A stretch of DNA of 24,000 bases, from the NCBI RefSeq assembly GCF_014193285.1, contig NZ_JACHZE010000003.1, forward strand, positions 412,948 to 436,947, in the 5' to 3' direction. The position numbers and the translations under genes are program-made. Source of the stretch: Atlantibacter sp. RC6. Its GTDB lineage: Bacteria > Pseudomonadota > Gammaproteobacteria > Enterobacterales > Enterobacteriaceae. The notes beneath the pieces are model-generated. The model did not search any database, was not told the DNA's origin, and saw nothing but the letters and a program-made list of their open reading frames with translations. Shown here piece by piece: positions 17,666 to 24,000 of the stretch; position 1 is the first letter of the stretch; the number at the start of each line of letters is the position of its first letter.

Positions 17666-18844
17666 TCAGGCGCGGAGCGCCGCGTCTGAATATCGTATCC
17701 GTAACAGGCCGTAGCCTACGATTGCCGCCAGTAGCGAGCCGATAAGAATGCCCAGTTTCGCCCACGTGATAAACGTGGGATCGGCATGATTAAATGCCAG
17801 GGTTGCAATGAAGATGGACATGGTAAACCCGATGCCGCACAGCACCCCAACCGCCATAATCTCCTTAAACGTGGTCCCCTCGGGTAGCGAGGCCAGCTTG
17901 AGTTTTAACGCCAGCAGGCAAAACAGACTGATGCCCAGAGGCTTTCCAATAAACAATCCGGCAATGATGCCCAGCGGCAGCAGTGACGTCAGCCCTTCCA
18001 TCGTCACGCCCTGAAGCGAGACGCCGGCATTGGCGAAAGCAAACAGCGGCAGGATCAAAAACGCGACCCATGGATGCAAAGTATGCTCCAGTTCCCGTGC
18101 CGGAGAATGCCCTTTATGCGCCTTAAGCGGGATAAAGAAGCCGATAATAACCCCCGCCAGCGTGGCATGAATGCCGGATTTGAGTACAGCCGTCCAGAGT
18201 ATGACGCCCACCAGAATATAAATACCGGTGCGGCGAACATTTAGCAGGTTCAATAATGCTAATACCGTAATCGCACCCGCCGCCACCAGTAACGACAGCA
18301 TCGAAAGCTGATGGGTATAAAACAGCGCAATGATGATAATCGCCCCTAAATCATCAATGATTGCCAGCGCCATCAAAAACACTTTCAAGGCAGGCGGCAC
18401 CCGTTTACCTAATAAGGCCAATACGCCTAACGCAAATGCGATATCCGTCGCTGCCGGGATCGCCCACCCTTCACGGGCTGCGGGATCCTGGAAATTGAAC
18501 AGCAGGTATACCGCTGCCGGGATCGCCATACCGCCTAAGGCGGCGATGGCCGGGAACGCGGCCTGACGGCGGCTGGCCAGAGAACCCTGCAATAGCTCCC
18601 GCTTCACTTCCAGCCCGATCAATAAAAAGAAGATCGCCATCAGCGCGTCATTAATCCACAACAGCAGATTTTTATTGATTTCAAGCGCCCCAAACCGTAT
18701 TTCTACGGGGGTGCTGAGGAACTGCTGATACCCAGCATGGGTGCTTTCAAGGTTGGCGAAGACCATAGCCAGCGCAGCGGCGACAATTAAAATCACCCCG
18801 CCTGATGCTTCGTTAGCCAGAAAACGTTGAATCAATTTTGACAT
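17666..18844 (-). CDS. nhaA: Na+/H+ antiporter NhaA
   Basis: 392 aa. The conserved core [23 protein letters not shown] and [19 protein letters not shown] (the DD pair) matches E. coli NhaA. Confidence 0.96.
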   Translation of the reverse strand: MSKLIQRFLANEASGGVILIVAAALAMVFANLESTHAGYQQFLSTPVEIRFGALEINKNLLLWINDALMAIFFLLIGLEVKRELLQGSLASRRQAAFPAIAALGGMAIPAAVYLLFNFQDPAAREGWAIPAATDIAFALGVLALLGKRVPPALKVFLMALAIIDDLGAIIIIALFYTHQLSMLSLLVAAGAITVLALLNLLNVRRTGIYILVGVILWTAVLKSGIHATLAGVIIGFFIPLKAHKGHSPARELEHTLHPWVAFLILPLFAFANAGVSLQGVTMEGLTSLLPLGIIAGLFIGKPLGISLFCLLALKLKLASLPEGTTFKEIMAVGVLCGIGFTMSIFIATLAFNHADPTFITWAKLGILIGSLLAAIVGYGLLRIRYSDAALRA

Positions 18845-19027
18845 GCCTGACTACCTCAATAATTCCATATCTTCCATTAAAACACGATATATTTTCTATT
18901 TTACTCCGCCTGAAAGCTCGCTAAAAACAGATTATTTCGCCCTATATGATCGTTATTTCCGATATAAAAAATGCCCCAAATCTATTTTCAGGAAATTTCT
19001 GAACACTTACCTCTGCAAACACTAATC

Positions 19028-19063
19028 AAAAAAAAACCTATATCTACTCAAGGTAGATACAGG
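19028..19063 (-). terminator. dnaJ rho-independent terminator
   Basis: On the minus strand, cctgtatctac-(loop)-gtagatatagg forms an 11-bp stem with one G-U pair, followed by U9 (A9 at 19028-19036 on +). It lies 24 nt after the dnaJ stop. Confidence 0.85.
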
Positions 19064-19086
19064 TTTATTTACGCATCGAATGAAAC

Positions 19087-20220
19087 TTAACGCGTTAAAT
19101 CGTCAAAGAACTTTTTAACGCCATCAAAGAAGCTTTTGGAACGCGGGCTGTTTTTCTCGCCCGTCGGGCCGCCGAAACTTTCCTGTAAATCTTTCAGCAG
19201 CTGCTTCTGCTTCTCGTTAAGACCCACCGGCGTTTCAACCACCACGCGGCATAACAGGTCCCCCTGTGCGCCACCGCGTACCGATTTCACGCCCTTGCCG
19301 CGCATACGGAACAGCTTGCCGGTTTGGGTTTCGTTCGGCACTTTCAGCTTCACGCGGCCATCCAGCGTGGGCACTTCGATTTCACCGCCCAGCGCCGCCA
19401 TCGCGAAGTTAATCGGCACTTCGCAATACAGGTTATTGCCTTCGCGCTCGAAGATCGGGTGCTGTTTGACCTGCACCTGGACGTATAAATCGCCTGCTGG
19501 TGCGCCGTGCTCGCCCGCTTCGCCCTCGCCTGCCAGGCGGATGCGGTCGCCGGTATCCACGCCCGCCGGGATTTTAACCGACAGGGTTTTCGATTTTTCA
19601 ACGCGACCATGGCCGTGGCATTTGGTGCACGGATCTTTGATCAACGTGCCGCGGCCCTGACAGTGCGGACAGGTCTGCTGCACTGCAAAGAAGCCCTGGC
19701 GCATCTGTACCTGGCCTGCGCCGTGGCAGGTTGGACACGTCTGCGGTTGGGTGCCCGGTTTCGCGCCGTTGCCGTGGCACACGTCGCACTCTTCCAGGGT
19801 TGGAATGCGGATCTCTTTGGTGACGCCGCGTACCGCTTCTTCCAGCGTCAGCTCCATGTTGTAACGCAGATCGGCGCCACGCGCCGCGCGCTGACGGCCA
19901 CGTCCGCCGCCAAAAATATCGCCGAAGACATCGCCGAAGATATCGCTGAAATCAGCACCGCCGCCGCCAAATCCGCCGCCGCCCATGCCGCCCTGCTCAA
20001 ATGCCGCATGGCCGTACTGATCGTAAGCGGCGCGTTTTTGCGCGTCGGTCAGCACTTCATAGGCTTCTTTGATCTCTTTGAATTTGTCTTCAGCGTCTTT
20101 ATCACCCTGATTACGGTCCGGGTGATATTTCATTGCCAGGCGTTTGTAAGCCTTTTTGATTTCACGCTCTTCCGCGGTTTTCGGAACGCCTAAAATCTCG
20201 TAATAGTCTTTTTTCGCCAT
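19087..20220 (-). CDS. dnaJ: Molecular chaperone DnaJ (Hsp40)
   Basis: 377 aa with a J domain (HPD), a G/F-rich region and four CxxCxGxG zinc-finger repeats. Confidence 0.98.
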   Translation of the reverse strand: MAKKDYYEILGVPKTAEEREIKKAYKRLAMKYHPDRNQGDKDAEDKFKEIKEAYEVLTDAQKRAAYDQYGHAAFEQGGMGGGGFGGGGADFSDIFGDVFGDIFGGGRGRQRAARGADLRYNMELTLEEAVRGVTKEIRIPTLEECDVCHGNGAKPGTQPQTCPTCHGAGQVQMRQGFFAVQQTCPHCQGRGTLIKDPCTKCHGHGRVEKSKTLSVKIPAGVDTGDRIRLAGEGEAGEHGAPAGDLYVQVQVKQHPIFEREGNNLYCEVPINFAMAALGGEIEVPTLDGRVKLKVPNETQTGKLFRMRGKGVKSVRGGAQGDLLCRVVVETPVGLNEKQKQLLKDLQESFGGPTGEKNSPRSKSFFDGVKKFFDDLTR

Positions 20221-20247
20221 TTTAGTTTTTCAGCCCTTAACATGCGA

Positions 20248-20279
20248 GCACGGGCGTGGAGTAACTCCAACGCCCGTGC
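20248..20279 (-). other. dnaK-dnaJ intercistronic stem-loop
   Basis: 14-bp GC-rich stem gcacgggcgtggag/ctcca(a)cgcccgtgc with one bulged A and a 3-nt loop. No U-tract follows, so it is not a terminator. From memory, a conserved hairpin and candidate sRNA (tpke11) were reported in this spacer in E. coli. Confidence 0.6.
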
Positions 20280-20305
20280 CAGTTAATTACCCTACATCAG
20301 GGCGA

Positions 20306-22222
20306 TTATTTTTTATCTTTAACTTCTTCGAACTCGGCGTCGACAACATCATCATCTTTCGCGTTGTTCGCCGAAGCGTCAGCAGCGCCAGCCTGCTGCT
20401 GCGCGTGTTGCTGCTGGGCAATTTCCATCAGCTTCTGGGAAGCCTGCGCCAGCGCCTGCATTTTCGCTTCGATATCCGCTTTATCTTCGCCTTTCAGCGA
20501 GGTTTCCAGCGCGCTCAGCGCAGACTCGATAGCGGTTTTGTCGTCAGCCGGCAGCTGATCGCCTGCTTCTTCAACCTGCTTACGGGTGCTGTGCACCAGA
20601 TGGTCTGCCTGGTTACGGGTCTGCACCAGCTCTTCGAACTTACGGTCAGACTCGGCATTCGCTTCCGCTTCGCGCACCATTTTCTGGATTTCTTCTTCGT
20701 TCAGACCAGAAGATGCCTTGATGGTAATTTTCTGCTCGCGACCGCTGTTTTTGTCTTTCGCGGAGACGTGCAGGATACCGTCCGCATCGATGTCGAAGGT
20801 GACTTCGATCTGCGGCATACCGCGCGGCGCCGGGTTAATCCCGTCCAGGTTGAACTGACCCAGAGATTTGTTATCGCTGGCGCGCTTACGTTCACCCTGC
20901 AGCACATGGATGGTTACCGCAGACTGGTTGTCTTCCGCAGTAGAGAACACCTGGCTGTGCTTGGTCGGGATAGTGGTGTTTTTGGAGATCAGCGCCGTCA
21001 TCACGCCGCCCATGGTTTCGATACCCAGAGACAGCGGGGTAACGTCCAGCAGCAGTACGTCTTTCACGTCGCCGGTCAATACGCCGCCCTGAACCGCTGC
21101 GCCGATAGCCACAGCTTCGTCCGGGTTAACGTCTTTACGCGGCTCTTTGCCAAAGAACTCGGCAACTTTTTTCTGCACCATCGGCATACGGGTCTGACCG
21201 CCGACCAGGATCACGTCCTGAATGTCGGATACAGACAGGCCAGCGTCCTGCAGCGCCACTTTCAGCGGCTCGATGGAACGGTTCACCAGGTCTTCGACCA
21301 GGCTTTCCAGTTTCGCGCGAGTCACTTTGATGTTCATGTGTTTCGGACCGGTGGCGTCTGCAGTGATATACGGCAGGTTCACATCGGTCTGCTGAGCGGA
21401 AGAGAGCTCGATTTTGGCTTTTTCTGCCGCTTCTTTCAGACGCTGCATCGCCAGCGGATCGTTACGCAGATCGATACCCTGGTCTTTCTTAAACTCTTCC
21501 ACCAGGTAGTTGATCATACGGCTGTCGAAGTCTTCGCCGCCCAGGTGGGTGTCACCGTTGGTCGCCAGAACTTCGAAGGTTTTTTCGCCGTCAACGTCGT
21601 CGATTTCGATAATAGAGATATCGAAAGTACCGCCGCCGAGGTCGTAAACCGCGATAGTACGGTTGCCGACTTCTTTATCCAGACCGTAAGCCAGCGCAGC
21701 CGCGGTCGGTTCGTTGATGATACGTTTTACTTCCAGACCCGCGATACGACCGGCGTCTTTGGTTGCCTGACGCTGAGCATCGTTGAAGTACGCAGGTACG
21801 GTGATAACCGCTTCAGTTACCGGTTCGCCCAGGTAATCTTCAGCCGTTTTCTTCATTTTCTTCAGCACTTCTGCAGAGATCTGCGGCGGTGCCATTTTCT
21901 GGCCTTTTACATCAAGCCATGCGTCACCGTTGTCGGCGGCGATGATTTTGTACGGCATGATGGCTTCATCACGCTGAACTTCTTCGTCCTGGAAGCGGCG
22001 ACCGATCAGGCGTTTAATCGCGAACAGCGTGTTCTGCGGGTTAGTCACTGCCTGACGTTTAGCCGGCTGACCTACCAGAGTTTCGCCGTCCTGTGTGTAA
22101 GCAATGATAGAAGGCGTGGTGCGGTCACCCTCGGCGTTCTCCAGAACACGTGCGGTTGTACCATCCATAATCGCGACACAAGAGTTAGTCGTCCCCAGGT
22201 CGATACCAATAATTTTACCCAT
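20306..22222 (-). CDS. dnaK: Molecular chaperone DnaK (Hsp70)
   Basis: 638 aa. [17 protein letters not shown]... is a full-length match to enteric DnaK. Confidence 0.99.
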   Translation of the reverse strand: MGKIIGIDLGTTNSCVAIMDGTTARVLENAEGDRTTPSIIAYTQDGETLVGQPAKRQAVTNPQNTLFAIKRLIGRRFQDEEVQRDEAIMPYKIIAADNGDAWLDVKGQKMAPPQISAEVLKKMKKTAEDYLGEPVTEAVITVPAYFNDAQRQATKDAGRIAGLEVKRIINEPTAAALAYGLDKEVGNRTIAVYDLGGGTFDISIIEIDDVDGEKTFEVLATNGDTHLGGEDFDSRMINYLVEEFKKDQGIDLRNDPLAMQRLKEAAEKAKIELSSAQQTDVNLPYITADATGPKHMNIKVTRAKLESLVEDLVNRSIEPLKVALQDAGLSVSDIQDVILVGGQTRMPMVQKKVAEFFGKEPRKDVNPDEAVAIGAAVQGGVLTGDVKDVLLLDVTPLSLGIETMGGVMTALISKNTTIPTKHSQVFSTAEDNQSAVTIHVLQGERKRASDNKSLGQFNLDGINPAPRGMPQIEVTFDIDADGILHVSAKDKNSGREQKITIKASSGLNEEEIQKMVREAEANAESDRKFEELVQTRNQADHLVHSTRKQVEEAGDQLPADDKTAIESALSALETSLKGEDKADIEAKMQALAQASQKLMEIAQQQHAQQQAGAADASANNAKDDDVVDAEFEEVKDKK

Positions 22223-22270
22223 CTAAACGTCTCCACTAAAAATTCGTCATTATGTGGTTGTGAACCTGTA

Positions 22271-22369
22271 ATAAGGGCGAAACCGTCAGTTTCAACTACC
22301 CCATCATTATTTTTCACGTCCACTCACTGCGGTTGACTACAAGATGGGGTCGTATCGCTGCGCATCAAG
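22271..22369 (-). promoter_or_regulatory. dnaK heat-shock (sigma32) promoters P1 and P2
   Basis: Minus strand P1 is CCCTTGAT-N14-CCCCATCT (-35 at 22363-22369, -10 at 22342-22349). P2 is TTGAAA-N12-CCCTTATT (22290-22295 / 22271-22278). Both match the sigma32 consensus CTTGAA...CCCCATnT and the E. coli dnaK P1/P2 layout. Confidence 0.8.
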
Positions 22370-22512
22370 GGGCGACAAATAAAATTTTTTTCTTTTACCT
22401 GTGCAGATCATAGACGGCAGGGTATTGGCTGATTATTATGCCGCGCCCGACACGGATCACACTTTCTGGCGGCGGGTATTTACATCTTAACAATCAAACG
22501 TTTTGAGGATTT

Positions 22513-23079
22513 ATGGGCAACACGAAGTTGGCTAACCCCGCACCGCTGGGATTAATGGGTTTCGGCATGACCACTATTCTGCTTAATCTGCACAATATCG
22601 GTCTTTTCCCGCTGGACGGCATTATTCTGGCGATGGGCATTTTCTACGGCGGCATCGCGCAGATTTTCGCGGGCCTGCTGGAGTTTAAGAAAGGGAATAC
22701 TTTCGGTTTAACCGCGTTTACGTCTTATGGCTCTTTCTGGCTGACGCTGGTCGCGATCCTGCTGATGCCTAAAATGGGCCTGGCGGACGCGGCTAACGGT
22801 CACTTCCTGGGTGTTTACTTAGGCATCTGGGGCATCTTCACCCTGTTCATGTTCTTCGGCACGCTGAAAGGCGCACGGGTACTGCAATTCGTGTTCCTGA
22901 GCCTGACCGTTCTGTTTGCGCTGCTGGCGATTGGCCATCTGGCGGACAGCGAGAGCATCGTTCACGTTGCGGGTTGGATTGGTCTGATCTGCGGCGCAAG
23001 CGCGATTTACCTGGCGATGGGCGAAGTGCTGAACGAACAATATGGCCGCACCGTGCTGCCGATTGGCGAACAGCATTAA
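22513..23079 (+). CDS. satP: Succinate-acetate/proton symporter (GPR1/FUN34/YaaH family)
   Basis: 188 aa, the same length as E. coli SatP. It carries the family signature NPAPLGL and six TM segments, and is divergent from dnaK as in E. coli. Confidence 0.93.
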   Translation: MGNTKLANPAPLGLMGFGMTTILLNLHNIGLFPLDGIILAMGIFYGGIAQIFAGLLEFKKGNTFGLTAFTSYGSFWLTLVAILLMPKMGLADAANGHFLGVYLGIWGIFTLFMFFGTLKGARVLQFVFLSLTVLFALLAIGHLADSESIVHVAGWIGLICGASAIYLAMGEVLNEQYGRTVLPIGEQH

Positions 23080-23093
23080 TTTCCTGCTTTATT

Positions 23094-23124
23094 AAAAACG
23101 CGGAGCCCGGCTCCGCGTTTTTTT
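23094..23124. terminator. Bidirectional rho-independent terminator between satP and the convergent MFS gene
   Basis: aaaaacgcggagcc / ggctccgcgttttttt forms a GC-rich stem flanked by A5 and T7. The T-run overlaps the MFS stop codon (23123-23125). Confidence 0.85.
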
Positions 23125-24000
23125 ATGCCTGCTGTATCGCCGCACTGTCCGCATAGTGACCATCCCGGCGCAGCCAGATGCCCAGACCAAGCCCCATCAG
23201 CGAGAGCGCTAAGACGTACCAGGCAGGCGCCATAGGCGAAATGCCCATTAACATGGTAACGGCGATGGGCGTTAAGCCGCCGAAAATGGCATACGATACA
23301 TTATAAGAAAACGAGATCCCGGTAAAACGCACTTCCGCCGGGAAGGAACGCACCATCACGTAAGGTACGGCCCCCACTACGCCCACGCACAGGCCGACTG
23401 TGCCATAAAGCAGGAACAGCTGTTCAGGGTGCGCGCCGGATAAGTGGTAGAAAAACCAGCTGGAGCAGGCCAACAGCAGGCTGCCGACAATAAAGGTTTT
23501 GCTGGCACCGAAACGGTCAACCGCCAGCCCGGCAATCAGGCAGCCGAAGCACAGCATAATGGTGGCGATACTGTTCGCCTGCAACGTCAGCGCAGGCGCA
23601 AAGCCATACTGCTTTTGTAGCCACACCGGCGACATCAGAATCACCACCACGATCCCGGCAGACAGCAGCCAGGTCAGCAGCATCGACACCACCACCGCTT
23701 TTTTATGTCGCACGACCACCACTTTTACCGGCAACTCCTGCGCCAACGCTTTGCGCTGTTGCATCTCGAGGAAAATCGGCGTCTCCTGCAACCAGCGGCG
23801 CAAGTACATAGCGACCAGGCCAAACGCGCCGCCGAGCAGGAACGGCACGCGCCAGCCCCAGTCGTGGACCGCCTGCTGAGTCATGCTGGTATTGACCAGG
23901 GTGGCGACCACCGAGCCCAGCAAAATCCCCACCGTCAGGCCCGCCGTCAGCGTTCCGCAGGCAATACCGATTCGCCGCGCGGGCACATGCTCTGCGACAA
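23123..24000 (-). CDS. MFS transporter, metabolite:H+ symporter (MHS; ProP/KgtP/ShiA-like) family, C-terminal ~290 aa (5' end outside window)
   Basis: The frame stays open to the window edge (..VAEHVPARRIGIACG..). It has the MHS-type loop motif WGWRVPFLLGG plus six or more TM segments. It is not similar to my recollection of E. coli YaaU. Confidence 0.8.
   Translation of the reverse strand, partial: VAEHVPARRIGIACGTLTAGLTVGILLGSVVATLVNTSMTQQAVHDWGWRVPFLLGGAFGLVAMYLRRWLQETPIFLEMQQRKALAQELPVKVVVVRHKKAVVVSMLLTWLLSAGIVVVILMSPVWLQKQYGFAPALTLQANSIATIMLCFGCLIAGLAVDRFGASKTFIVGSLLLACSSWFFYHLSGAHPEQLFLLYGTVGLCVGVVGAVPYVMVRSFPAEVRFTGISFSYNVSYAIFGGLTPIAVTMLMGISPMAPAWYVLALSLMGLGLGIWLRRDGHYADSAAIQQA

Noticed and set aside
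18843-19025. 60-aa + strand ORF in the nhaA upstream region
   Set aside because: It lies in AT-rich promoter DNA, has no SD, and gives a Tyr/Phe/Lys/Ile-rich translation typical of AT-rich noise. It runs antisense through the nhaA promoter and into the dnaJ terminator.
19507-20193. 228-codon antisense ORF within dnaJ (and another, 19136-19660, in a different frame)
   Set aside because: The first is again the codon-aligned antisense frame of a highly expressed gene. The second is a typical GC-rich shadow ORF. Neither has an RBS or recognisable domain features.
20276-22336. 686-codon stop-free ORF on the + strand, exactly antisense to the whole of dnaK
   Set aside because: It uses the same triplet partition as dnaK (both are phased at position mod 3 = 2). 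An antisense stop would therefore require a sense TTA, CTA or TCA codon. Those are rare codons avoided in highly expressed, GC-rich enteric genes, so the open frame follows from codon bias. It starts with GTG, has no SD, and its product is low-complexity and Arg/Val/Phe-rich. Ribo-seq or proteomics would be needed to revive it.
22438-22506. 22-codon mini-ORF (MPRPTRITLSGGGYLHLNNQTF) ending in the satP Shine-Dalgarno region, a possible leader peptide
   Set aside because: No SD precedes its ATG, there is no attenuator-like alternative structure, and no codon run suggests metabolite sensing. It cannot be distinguished from chance.

Overview
Enterobacteriaceae chromosome (Klebsiella/Enterobacter/Citrobacter-like; the genus cannot be resolved by eye). 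The window covers the conserved dnaK-dnaJ-nhaA-nhaR ... rpsT-ribF-ileS-lspA-fkpB-ispH backbone, read in reverse orientation relative to E. coli K-12 numbering. The core genes are intact, and their known signals are recognisable: two sigma32 dnaK promoters, the UUG start of rpsT, and the rpsT, dnaJ and ispH terminators. Two accessory carbohydrate islands sit in backbone gaps. (1) Positions 1-4540, beyond ispH (K-12 has rihC there): an operon of a PMI-like cupin plus mannose-family PTS EIIA/B/C/D, convergent with a translationally coupled pair of cupin-type phosphoglucose-isomerase-family genes. (2) Positions 10971-16710, between rpsT and nhaR (K-12 has IS1 there): a complete sgcXBCQAER-type orphan galactitol-family PTS operon, comprising M42 peptidase, IIB, IIC, BtpA/SgcQ, IIA, pentose-5-P 3-epimerase paralog and DeoR regulator. 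The right end holds satP and a partial MHS-family MFS transporter. I found no tRNA/rRNA, CRISPR, IS/transposase, integrase, toxin-antitoxin or recognisable defence genes. The most interesting content is the uncharacterised PTS/three-cupin-isomerase island and the relocated orphan sgc operon. Neither is demonstrably a new kind of system; both are substrate-unknown sugar modules. Very long antisense ORFs over dnaK, ileS and dnaJ are explained by codon bias and were rejected.
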